Source: a virus (Duplodnaviria > Caudoviricetes). From it: a DNA stretch of 32,141 nucleotides. Under the pieces are notes generated by a model, which worked only from the letters and a program-made list of their open reading frames with translations, searched no databases and was not told where the DNA came from. Location of the stretch: positions 1 through 32,141 of the IMG/VR virus record IMGVR_UViG_3300022183_000031; one strand, given 5' to 3'. A program made the position numbers and the translations under genes. Of the stretch, positions 9,956-17,532 are shown piece by piece (position 1 is the first letter of the stretch; each line of letters begins with the position of its first letter).

Positions 9956-12028
9956 ATGGCAATAGATATAAATTTAGATATAGCAAACCCTACTAGTGGA
10001 GTAGTTCCAGTAAATGATAACGGAACTTTAGTAGATAGTGTTATCGCTGAATCAAATGGAAACGTAGGAATAGGTACGGTTTTAGCAACAGAAAAACTAG
10101 ACGTTATTGGCGGGATAAAATCAACAAATAATAATGGTTATATATTCTTAAGAGATGACAGTAGTACGATTGATTTTTCAAGATCAGGCACAAATTACAT
10201 AAGAGCTGTGGGTTCTGGGGGTGAGTTTGCGTTTACGGTAAACAATTCTGGTTATTCAAACCATGTTCTTACATTAGGGGCATCAGCTACTACTATTAAC
10301 TTTTTTGGATTAGATTACGACTTTAGAGTAAAGGGAAATGCAGATGACGCTTTATTTTTTACGGATGCGTCTACAAACAACGTAGGAATAGGAACGGATA
10401 GTCCTATCAGTAAGTTAGTAGTAAGTGATTCTGCAAATGACTTACAGATGCGCGTAGGTAGTTTAACCGCAGGGATAAGCCCTTATATTAGATTACAAGG
10501 TAAAAATACTGCAAATACTACAACCTATTACGCAGATATAAAACTAGATGCTGAGAACGGTAAACTAATATTTAACGATCCCGGTACTAGTGGCGGTAAT
10601 ATAGGTCTGAGACCTATGGTTATTGATTCATCAGGAAACGTAGGAATAGGAACAACTAATCCATCAACAGAGCTTCACGTAGTAGGTGCTATTACCGTAA
10701 ATGATGGGAACAATAGTACTAAAGTAGGTACGGAGGCAGGCTTGTTATATTCAGGAGGTAATCAATCCGCATTTGGGTTTAGAGCAGGCCGAGATAACAC
10801 TGGTATTGAACAATCAGCGTTTGGTGTGAGTGCAGGGCAAAGCAACACGGGAGATAATCAATCAGCGTTTGGTGTGAGTGCAGGTCGAAATAACACGGGA
10901 GATAATCAATCTGCATTTGGCGTGAGTGCAGGTCTAGATAACACTGGAGGTTATCAATCTGCGTTCGGTTATTTTGCTGGTCGAGATAATTCAACAAATA
11001 ATCAATCTGTATTTGGTTATTTATCTGGTTATTTAAACACGGGAGATAATCAATCTGCGTTTGGTTGGCAAGCAGGTCGAAATAACGAGGGGGTTAATCA
11101 GTCAGCGTTTGGGTATTTTGCAGGATATTTAAACGAAGGAGTTAATCAATCCGCATTTGGTTCAGGTGCTGGTCAAGGTAACACTGGAACTAATCAAACT
11201 GTATTTGGTCTAAATTCAGGAAATTTAAACACTGGCACTCAACAATCCGCATTTGGCGTGAGTGCAGGTCAAAGCAACACGGGAGATAATCAATCTGCAT
11301 TTGGCAGAAACGCTGGTAGAAGTAACACAGGAGACAATAACTCAAACTTTGGATTTGAAGCAGGATACTTTTTATCAGACGGCACAACAGTAAACAAAAA
11401 CTCATCAAGTTCTGTATTCTTAGGGGCAAGTACAAAGGCACTAGGCGCAACACAAGCTAATCAAATTGTCATTGGGTACGATGCAACGGGGATAGGTGCG
11501 AATAGTGTTGTATTAGGTAACGATAGTATTGCAACTACTGCTTTGAAAGGAAACGTAGGAATAGGAACGACTAACCCATTTAGAGAGCTTGACATAGAAG
11601 GTAGTATAAATTTAAGAGATTCTTCGTTTTCAAACATAAGAGGTATATATAGTCAAGCTGGCTCTATGTTAACTTTTGATGCGAGCAGTTTTAATCTTAC
11701 TTTTGGAGGCGGTAATATAGTTGCCAATAGTATAACTGGTATAATGGATTTTAAAGCTAATGGGTTTAGTAGTTTTATGACTCATGATTCTAATGCTACT
11801 ACAACTACATTTTCATATAATGGCTCTGAAAGAATGCGTATTGTTGGAAATAATGGCAATGTAGGTATAGGAACAACATCACCATCGGAAAAACTAGACG
11901 TTGGTGGAATAGTAATAGCGGAAGGCTACAAATCGGCTGATGGTTCGACTGGAATAACGCAGAACGTAAATACTGGGGGCGGTAACACATTAGTAATTAA
12001 AAACGGAATAATAACACAAGTAATTTAA
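9956..12028 (+). CDS. Tail fibre / receptor-binding protein with GNVGIGT shaft modules and YadA-head-like 16-aa repeats
   Basis: 690 aa, Gly/Asn/Ser-rich. Five (G/N)NVGIGT motifs, 12 tandem QSAFGxxAGxxNTGxN repeats and a C-terminal IKNGIIT motif. Confidence 0.85.
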   Translation: MAIDINLDIANPTSGVVPVNDNGTLVDSVIAESNGNVGIGTVLATEKLDVIGGIKSTNNNGYIFLRDDSSTIDFSRSGTNYIRAVGSGGEFAFTVNNSGYSNHVLTLGASATTINFFGLDYDFRVKGNADDALFFTDASTNNVGIGTDSPISKLVVSDSANDLQMRVGSLTAGISPYIRLQGKNTANTTTYYADIKLDAENGKLIFNDPGTSGGNIGLRPMVIDSSGNVGIGTTNPSTELHVVGAITVNDGNNSTKVGTEAGLLYSGGNQSAFGFRAGRDNTGIEQSAFGVSAGQSNTGDNQSAFGVSAGRNNTGDNQSAFGVSAGLDNTGGYQSAFGYFAGRDNSTNNQSVFGYLSGYLNTGDNQSAFGWQAGRNNEGVNQSAFGYFAGYLNEGVNQSAFGSGAGQGNTGTNQTVFGLNSGNLNTGTQQSAFGVSAGQSNTGDNQSAFGRNAGRSNTGDNNSNFGFEAGYFLSDGTTVNKNSSSSVFLGASTKALGATQANQIVIGYDATGIGANSVVLGNDSIATTALKGNVGIGTTNPFRELDIEGSINLRDSSFSNIRGIYSQAGSMLTFDASSFNLTFGGGNIVANSITGIMDFKANGFSSFMTHDSNATTTTFSYNGSERMRIVGNNGNVGIGTTSPSEKLDVGGIVIAEGYKSADGSTGITQNVNTGGGNTLVIKNGIITQVI
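10763..11338 (+). repeat. 12 tandem 48-bp (16-codon) coding repeats in the tail fibre gene
   Basis: Units start every 48 nt from 10763 to 11291 (CAATC[ACT]GC[AG]TTTGG...). Degenerate units flank them at about 10715 and 11339. Confidence 0.95.
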
Positions 12029-12032
12029 GATT

Positions 12033-12386
12033 ATGATTTATAAATGGACAATCTCGGCAGTAGAGCGAGAAATTGAAAAAGACGGTTTGAACAATGTAAT
12101 CAAAGCAGTACATTGGAGATACTCCGCAACAAATGAAAATGAAGTAAGTGCAGAAACTTATGGAGTAGTAGCAATAGGAGAACCTAATGCTGAAACTTTT
12201 AAGCCTTTTGACGAAGTAACAGAGGCGGACGTAGCAAGTTGGCTAGAAAGTATATTTTCTGTTGAGCCTGAAAACGAAGAAGGAGAAAAGCAAACTAGTA
12301 AATTGGAGCAAATGAAAGAATCATTAATTAATAAAATTGATTTAATCGAAAACCCAAAAACAATAACAAGCACTTTAAACGCATAA
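12033..12386 (+). CDS. Tail-fibre-associated protein / chaperone (putative)
   Basis: 117 aa with a YKWTI...VI..VHWRY...F.PF..VTE..V..W pattern like that of small genes following phage tail fibres. Confidence 0.6.
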   Translation: MIYKWTISAVEREIEKDGLNNVIKAVHWRYSATNENEVSAETYGVVAIGEPNAETFKPFDEVTEADVASWLESIFSVEPENEEGEKQTSKLEQMKESLINKIDLIENPKTITSTLNA

Positions 12387-12390
12387 AAAA

Positions 12391-12546
12391 ATGGATAAAG
12401 AACAAGCAATACAAGTAATTGAACAAGCGTTGAATTTAGCAACCCAAAAAGGGGTTTTTAATTTGGCCGATGCAAGTCAAATTTTAACTGCTTTAAATGT
12501 TTTAAAGAAAAAAATGAGTGAAAAACAAGACGAATATAACGATTAA
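12391..12546 (+). CDS. Small hypothetical protein (51 aa, not in the ORF track)
   Basis: MDKEQAIQVIEQALNLATQKGVFNLADASQILTALNVLKKKMSEKQDEYND*. Fills the gap after 12386 and has an A-rich leader. Confidence 0.75.
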   Translation: MDKEQAIQVIEQALNLATQKGVFNLADASQILTALNVLKKKMSEKQDEYND

Positions 12547-12672
12547 GGAGAAGAAATAACAGCCCCAACTTTTTTAAATGGCTATCGTATAGACGTTATG
12601 ACAAATAAAATTGTTACTTTTGGGAGTAAAGAAATTTTTCCAACTAATGAGAGGCATAAATTTAGCACATGA
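12547..12672 (+). pseudogene. In-frame continuation after the TAA at 12544-12546; probable gene remnant
   Basis: Reads GEEITAPTFLNGYRIDVMTNKIVTFGSKEIFPTNERHKFST*. Its TGA overlaps the next start codon (ATGA, 12669-12672). Confidence 0.5.
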
Positions 12673-13028
12673 AAAATCTATTATTAGTACTCGCATTAAT
12701 TAGTTTTAACGCTTATAGTCAAGACAGTTGGCAGTTTAGCGCAGATAAACAAAAACACTTTATCGTTGGAGTAGTTCCTAGCATGGTTGCAAGTTCTGTA
12801 ATTAGCAATATAAACCAATACGAACCTAAATGCTTTAAAGGTTTTATTATCGGGGCTTCTGTTGGTTCGGGGTTAAATCTAGCTAAAGAGGGGTTTGATT
12901 TGTTAGGCTTTGGACATCCTAGTTACCAAGATTTAGCCTATGGTGTTTTAGGCAGTATAGTAGGTAGCTCAGTAGGTGTTGGGTTAGCTAGATTAGTTAA
13001 TGTAGGTTATAAAAGAACAAAAAAATAA
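12669..13028 (+). CDS. Exported/membrane protein, YfiM/DUF2279-like
   Basis: Signal-peptide-like N-terminus (MKNLLLVLALISFNAYS), DKQKHF and KEGFD...SYQDL motifs, and Gly-rich hydrophobic helices. Confidence 0.6.
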   Translation: MKNLLLVLALISFNAYSQDSWQFSADKQKHFIVGVVPSMVASSVISNINQYEPKCFKGFIIGASVGSGLNLAKEGFDLLGFGHPSYQDLAYGVLGSIVGSSVGVGLARLVNVGYKRTKK

Positions 13029-13040
13029 GAGATTGAAGTT

Positions 13041-13472
13041 ATGAAAGAAAGTTTAATCACACTATGGACTAGTTTAATTGTATTCTTTTTGCCAATACAA
13101 CCGTTACTGCTTATTATAGGTGGATTTATAATGCTAGATACTATTTTAGGAGTTACGAAGGCTTTTGTAACTAAGCAAAAGATTAGTAGCCATAAATTAA
13201 GCAGGGTTATTTTTAAAATGCTAGTCTATCAATTTGTTATTATACTACTTTACCCTATTGATGTTTATATAATTGGTGAGAGTTTATTTGGTTATGAGAA
13301 CTTTGCAACTAAATTAGGTGTTTTTGTTCTTCTTTTTATTGAATCGCTAAGCATTGAAGAAAACGTAAAAGCGTTAAACAAGGATAGAGGGTTTAAGTAC
13401 TACTTTGAAAAGATGTTATTAACGATAAAATCTACTAAGAAACAAATAACCGACGTAAAAAAAGAACTATGA
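13041..13472 (+). CDS. Holin
   Basis: 143 aa with several hydrophobic segments and DTILG...K....S..L and ESLSIEEN motifs. Overlaps the endolysin start. Confidence 0.85.
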   Translation: MKESLITLWTSLIVFFLPIQPLLLIIGGFIMLDTILGVTKAFVTKQKISSHKLSRVIFKMLVYQFVIILLYPIDVYIIGESLFGYENFATKLGVFVLLFIESLSIEENVKALNKDRGFKYYFEKMLLTIKSTKKQITDVKKEL

Positions 13473-13858
13473 GAAAGATTAAATACATAGCAGTTCACTG
13501 TACAGCTACGAGCCAAGACGCAAAAGTAGAATCAATACTTGCATATTGGAAGCGTAAAGGTTGGAAGAATCCGGGCTATCACTATTTAATTGACAAACAC
13601 GGCGAAATTCATAATCTACATCCAGAAGAAAAAATAAGTAACGGAGTGCGAGGGTACAACAGCGTTACTATTAACGTTTGTTACATAGGTGGGAAAGACA
13701 AAGACGACAGAACAGATATACAAAAGGCTATAATGTTGGGACTATTAAAGCATTTGAAAGGCAAATATCCAAACGCTATAATTCAAGGTCATAGAGATTT
13801 TCCAAATGTCAAAAAAAGTTGCCCAAGATTTAACGCAAAGGATGAGTACAATTTTTAA
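13469..13858 (+). CDS. Endolysin, N-acetylmuramoyl-L-alanine amidase (Amidase_2, T7 lysozyme-like)
   Basis: Zn-amidase motifs VHCTA, GYHY, GHRDF and KSCP. Confidence 0.93.
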   Translation: MRKIKYIAVHCTATSQDAKVESILAYWKRKGWKNPGYHYLIDKHGEIHNLHPEEKISNGVRGYNSVTINVCYIGGKDKDDRTDIQKAIMLGLLKHLKGKYPNAIIQGHRDFPNVKKSCPRFNAKDEYNF

Positions 13859-14279
13859 CAATACGATATATTTAATTGTTGCTTTATTCTTATTTAGTTG
13901 CACACCTCAAAAGAGATTAGCAAGGCTAGTAAAGAAACACCCCGAGCTTATAAGAGTTGACACCGTAATCGTTACAGATACTTTTACTGTAATAACACCC
14001 AAAACGCAAATAGATACGTTTTATTCAATTAAACAGCTTATTGATACTGTAAGACTAGAGAAAGAAAATTTAAGGGTTTTAACGTACCTTAAAAACGATA
14101 CTATTTACTTAGACGCTGAATGTGATACTTTAGTTATTGAAAAGATTAGAACGGTAAAAGTTCCAACAAAGACAATAGAGATAAAAAAAGAGAATTTTTG
14201 GCAAAGTAGATGGTTTAGATTCTTATTTATATTTATTTTTGTCGCCTTATTGATTAGATATTTACTATCTAAACAGTAA
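13842..14279 (+). CDS. Unimolecular spanin (lipoprotein with C-terminal transmembrane helix)
   Basis: The likely start at 13842 gives MSTIFNNTIYLIVALFLFSC (lipobox Cys), a beta-rich DT-repeat body and a C-terminal TM (WFRFLFIFIFVALLIRYLL). It follows the endolysin. Confidence 0.75.
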   Translation: MSTIFNNTIYLIVALFLFSCTPQKRLARLVKKHPELIRVDTVIVTDTFTVITPKTQIDTFYSIKQLIDTVRLEKENLRVLTYLKNDTIYLDAECDTLVIEKIRTVKVPTKTIEIKKENFWQSRWFRFLFIFIFVALLIRYLLSKQ

Positions 14280-14297
14280 TAAAAACGACACTTTTAG

Positions 14298-14330
14298 AAA
14301 AACTTTGCATTAATTTGTAAAGTTTTTTTT
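14298..14330 (+). terminator. Intrinsic terminator ending the late/lysis transcript
   Basis: AAAAACTTTGCA-TTAATT-TGTAAAGTTTTT followed by a T run. Confidence 0.8.
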
Positions 14331-14336
14331 GTTTTT

Positions 14337-14368
14337 GCTTGTTTATTTAAAATAAGTACTTACATTTG
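14337..14368 (+). promoter_or_regulatory. Bacteroidota-type promoter (probable early promoter 1)
   Basis: GCTTGTTTAT at 14337 and the -7 box TACATTTG at 14361. The same 24-nt offset occurs at 17367 and 22380. Confidence 0.8.
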
Positions 14369-14390
14369 TCTAAACGAAATAATTATTATT

Positions 14391-14717
14391 ATGAATAAGA
14401 AAACAACACAAAAGATTCTGGATATACATGAAAGAATCGAATCTATTAAATCGATGTTGCAAATCGAAAAAAGTAATTTGCGAACAGCGAGAGCGATTGA
14501 GTCCATAGAACTCCAAGAGAAAGAAATTAATTGTATTAAATCGTCAATAAGAGCGATTAGTAAATTCGAGTTAATGATAAACAAGTTATCGGTTAACAGA
14601 AGTTATTTGCAGTACAAAAAGCTAACTCTAGAAATGGAGCTAGATGCTAATTATAACCTAAATAAAGAAATACAGATTAAAGCTAAATTAGAATTAATAA
14701 ACGAAATAATAAAATAA
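14391..14717 (+). CDS. Hypothetical early protein (coiled-coil)
   Basis: 108 aa, first gene after the promoter at 14337. Confidence 0.75.
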   Translation: MNKKTTQKILDIHERIESIKSMLQIEKSNLRTARAIESIELQEKEINCIKSSIRAISKFELMINKLSVNRSYLQYKKLTLEMELDANYNLNKEIQIKAKLELINEIIK

Positions 14718-14720
14718 GCC

Positions 14721-14996
14721 ATGAAAAAACTATTTAAAAAACTATTTAAAAAACCAGAAACAAAAAAAGCAAATAGAATAATTAGGTTTTCTAAACCTTT
14801 AGTAAAAAGACAAAACGAAAAGTTTGTTTTAGTAAGTTATGCAACCCCCAACGGAATAAAAAAGAATTTAAAATTTGATGACTTTTCAGACGCTGAATAT
14901 ATTGGAATGACTGGAATTTATTACACTTTTTTATTTAGAGGTGTACACGAACAAGATGCTCCGATTATGGGGTATTGCGTATTAAAAAGAAAATAG
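14721..14996 (+). CDS. Hypothetical early protein
   Basis: 91 aa with a basic N-terminus (KKLFKKLFKK). Confidence 0.7.
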   Translation: MKKLFKKLFKKPETKKANRIIRFSKPLVKRQNEKFVLVSYATPNGIKKNLKFDDFSDAEYIGMTGIYYTFLFRGVHEQDAPIMGYCVLKRK

Positions 14997-15004
14997 TATA
15001 TTTG
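14973..15004 (+). promoter_or_regulatory. Bacteroidota-type promoter
   Basis: TTG at the same offset as in the other promoters, TATATTTG at 14997-15004, followed by an AAACGAAA leader. Confidence 0.65.
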
Positions 15005-15046
15005 TATAAACGAAAAAATAATTAATAACAAATAAATAAAAATAAG

Positions 15047-15169
15047 ATGAGAAAAGAAGAAAACAAAAACACAGAAGAACAAAGTAATGGAGAAATGGCA
15101 TTAGGAGTTATCCAAGGTCTAGTAGGACTAGCACTTTTAATTTACGGAATTTATATTTTATTTATATAA
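15047..15169 (+). CDS. Small membrane protein (40 aa, not in the ORF track)
   Basis: MRKEENKNTEEQSNGEMALGVIQGLVGLALLIYGIYILFI*, with a single C-terminal TM and its own promoter. Confidence 0.7.
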   Translation: MRKEENKNTEEQSNGEMALGVIQGLVGLALLIYGIYILFI

Positions 15170-15171
15170 TT

Positions 15172-15423
15172 ATGGAGATAACAAAAGAAAAATTAATCCA
15201 GCTTTATGATGAGATCGACAGCCAACCGTATGTGAAAATAATTTTCTTATTAAAAAAACTAGATTTACACGTGTCCACTGTTAAAGCGATGAAGCGATTA
15301 AACTATATAGGTTTTGAAGATGGCAAACACTTTTGGGTTGACGAAATGACACCAATAGACAAATTTATGATAGAACAAATTAAAAAAGAAATAACAAAAT
15401 TAAATAAAAGAAAAACGAAATGA
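15172..15423 (+). CDS. Hypothetical protein
   Basis: 83 aa with ATGA overlap to the next gene. Confidence 0.7.
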   Translation: MEITKEKLIQLYDEIDSQPYVKIIFLLKKLDLHVSTVKAMKRLNYIGFEDGKHFWVDEMTPIDKFMIEQIKKEITKLNKRKTK

Positions 15424-16016
15424 GTAAAGAGAACCTAGAGCTTTGGAATAAGGTAGAGAAAACAAATCCGAAGTACACAAAGAAAGCAAACGTAAAAGGC
15501 AATAACATTACTTCTATTGCTCCACAGTTTCAAATTATGAACGCTACCGAACATTTTGGAGTATATGGTCAATCTTGGGGGTTTAAGTCTTTAGATTTTG
15601 ACTATTCATTAAAAGACGAAGGATTGGTAAGTTTGAAAGCTGTATTCTTTTTTCCTAAAGGTCAATTTGAGATTATAAACTCAATTAGTATATGGCGAGA
15701 TAACGCAAAAACCAAAATAGATGATAATTTTGCAAAGAAATTAGAAACAGACGCTCTAACCAAAGCGTTATCTAAATTAGGATTTAACGCAGATATTTTC
15801 ATGGGAAAATTTGATGATGTTCGATATGTTGAAGAAATGAAAAAAGAATTTGCCGAACCAATTAAAAAGAAAGTATTAACAGAAAAGCAATTTGATGTAC
15901 TATGTAGTGATAAAGCAACTTTAAAACACGTGATAACCGCTTTAAATGAATATCAAATGTCAGAAGATCAAAGAAAAGTATTAATGCTTAAAAAAGCAGA
16001 CCTAGAAAAAGCATAA
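15420..16016 (+). CDS. Single-strand annealing recombinase, Rad52/Sak-like
   Basis: FGVYGQSWG and AKKLETDALTKALSKLGFNADIF motifs resemble Rad52/Rad22-family phage recombinases. Lies near an SSB-like gene. Confidence 0.7.
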   Translation: MSKENLELWNKVEKTNPKYTKKANVKGNNITSIAPQFQIMNATEHFGVYGQSWGFKSLDFDYSLKDEGLVSLKAVFFFPKGQFEIINSISIWRDNAKTKIDDNFAKKLETDALTKALSKLGFNADIFMGKFDDVRYVEEMKKEFAEPIKKKVLTEKQFDVLCSDKATLKHVITALNEYQMSEDQRKVLMLKKADLEKA

Positions 16017-16019
16017 ATT

Positions 16020-16259
16020 ATGGATTTTTTTAAAGACATGAAAAACGGTAAGCAGTATGCCAATGTTTCGTGTAGCATGAGCGTATATGCCCACCTAGTA
16101 GATAGCAAATTTGTATTAGAAAAAGATTTTAGATTAAACACTATTAAGCAGAAAAACGAATTGCATAGTGAGAGTGAAGTTTTAAAACAATTATACAAAG
16201 AGCAAAGAAAGCTAAACGATAAAATAAGAATTGAAGAACAAAAATTAAATCATAAATAA
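16020..16259 (+). CDS. Hypothetical protein
   Basis: 79 aa within the recombination operon. Confidence 0.65.
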   Translation: MDFFKDMKNGKQYANVSCSMSVYAHLVDSKFVLEKDFRLNTIKQKNELHSESEVLKQLYKEQRKLNDKIRIEEQKLNHK

Positions 16260-16265
16260 ATAAAC

Positions 16266-16553
16266 ATGGAAGTAAAAGGAAAAGTAAAGTTAATCGCAGA
16301 AACTCAAACGTTTGATTCTGGATTTACAAAAAGACAGTTAGTAGTTACAACAGATGAGACGTACCCACAAGATGTAGCAATAGACTTCGTGAAAGACAAA
16401 TGCGACGTTTTAAACGCTTATAAAGCGGGTGATAGTGTTGAAGTAGGTATAAATATACGAGGGAACGAATACAATGGTAAATACTATGTTAGTTTGCAAG
16501 GCTGGAAGATTAGCAAAGCAGAAGCAGAAGCAGAAGAAAATTTACCGTTCTAG
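16266..16553 (+). CDS. DUF3127-family protein, probable single-stranded DNA-binding protein
   Basis: MEVKGKV...FTKRQLVV...YPQ...INIRGNEYNGKYY.SLQGWKI and an acidic C-terminal tip (EENLPF). Confidence 0.85.
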   Translation: MEVKGKVKLIAETQTFDSGFTKRQLVVTTDETYPQDVAIDFVKDKCDVLNAYKAGDSVEVGINIRGNEYNGKYYVSLQGWKISKAEAEAEENLPF

Positions 16554-16568
16554 ACTAAACCAAAAACA

Positions 16569-16598
16569 AGGCGCATCATTAATTTGGTGCGCTTTTTT
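16569..16598 (+). terminator. Intrinsic terminator
   Basis: GCGCATCA-TTAATT-TGGTGCGC-TTTTTT. Confidence 0.85.
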
Positions 16599-16609
16599 AA
16601 AACTAAATT

Positions 16610-16921
16610 ATGAAATATAAAACACGAGATTTGACATTAAAAAAAAGAGAATTTTTACAAGACCAAATTATTGATTACTTGGCAGGTCGAACTTCAAAAA
16701 AAGAAATAAAAATAAAATATGAGAAACGATTTAATGTAACAGATAATAGTTTTTTTTCTACATGGAATTATATAACTGTTGACTATTTTTACATAAATTT
16801 CAAGACAAAAAAAACTGATTTTAATTTAAAAGAAGATAATCTAAGAGGCTTGGGTGAGATGGAAAAAAATTATCAATTACTTAAGTACAAAGATGACTTG
16901 ACAATAAAAGATATAAAATAG
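16610..16921 (+). CDS. Hypothetical basic protein (possibly DNA-binding)
   Basis: 103 aa Lys-rich ORF between two terminators. Confidence 0.65.
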   Translation: MKYKTRDLTLKKREFLQDQIIDYLAGRTSKKEIKIKYEKRFNVTDNSFFSTWNYITVDYFYINFKTKKTDFNLKEDNLRGLGEMEKNYQLLKYKDDLTIKDIK

Positions 16922-16941
16922 ATTACACCAAAAATAACACG

Positions 16942-16974
16942 AGGCGTTTTAACTAGGTTTAAGACGCTTTTTTT
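16942..16974 (+). terminator. Intrinsic terminator
   Basis: GCGTTTTAA...TTAAGACGC followed by T7. Confidence 0.8.
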
Positions 16975-17084
16975 GTTTTCCTATATATTTGTATCATTAT
17001 TTACATTGCGTTCGCTTATACATGCTTAAAATGCGTTTAAGAGCTATTGCGTTGTTAAGATAAAACTAAATACAAGAAAGGTGT

Positions 17085-17362
17085 TGCAAAAAATGCAGTA
17101 ACTGGCAAAAAGTGAAATTCATAAATGCTTGATATTCAATTAGTATGCAAAAATGCAAAAAAATAACTAACATTTAATGTAGTACTTAAAATCAATTCTA
17201 AAAAAAAAATAATGGAAATACGTTTTTTTTATTTTAGAGTGTGTTCTCTATAAGGCTATTATAGGAGGCTATTTTTGCATAATTTTTGCCTAAGCTAGTG
17301 TTTGTAAGGGTTGTAGCAGGTTTTTTTGTTTTTCACTAAAAATATTTTATGTTTTTTTTGCC
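17085..17362. other. Putative replication origin with convergent GCAAAAA iterons
   Basis: GCAAAAA at 17086, 17105, 17147 and 17155, and its inverse TTTTTGC at 17272, 17283 and 17355, flank an A-tract/T-tract centre. This is the largest non-coding gap and lies upstream of the primase-helicase. Confidence 0.6.
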
Positions 17363-17366
17363 TTTA

Positions 17367-17398
17367 GCTTGTTTAATTGAATATTATATTTATATTTG
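17367..17398 (+). promoter_or_regulatory. Bacteroidota-type promoter of the replication operon
   Basis: GCTTGTTTAA at 17367 and TATATTTG at 17391. Confidence 0.8.
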
Positions 17399-17402
17399 CA
17401 AA

Positions 17403-17532
17403 GTAGTTCTACTAATAATACGGATAGGTTAGTAATAAAGAACAAAAAAATTATTTAAAGCCTTTAGGGTTTGATGGTGCCGTATCACTTGAAAACTTTA
17501 AAGGCTTTGTTATTTTTAAAACATTATACGGA
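17403..17532 (+). ncRNA. Structured leader / candidate antisense riboregulator (two hairpins with complementary loops)
   Basis: Hairpin 17457-17508 has the apical loop CCGTAT (17480-17485). ATACGG occurs at 17418-17423 and 17526-17531. Confidence 0.6.

Noticed and set aside
10763-11338. Regular 48-bp periodicity resembling a CRISPR array or a DGR template/variable repeat
   Set aside because: The repeats are in-frame coding units with synonymous variation and no unique spacers. Differences are not adenine-specific, and no reverse transcriptase or cas gene is present.
12615-12622. TACTTTTG as a dedicated lysis promoter
   Set aside because: It matches the -7 consensus but lacks the upstream element, and such 8-mers occur by chance in AT-rich DNA. 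Support is insufficient.
14724-14754. Short tandem repeats (AAAAAACTATTT x2 here; GCAGAA x3 near 16518)
   Set aside because: These are frame-preserving low-complexity coding duplications with no evidence of phase variation.
16922-17532. tRNA gene or attP site in the large intergenic region
   Set aside because: No cloverleaf or T-loop consensus is visible and no integrase is encoded. The region is better explained by a terminator, origin, promoter and structured leader.
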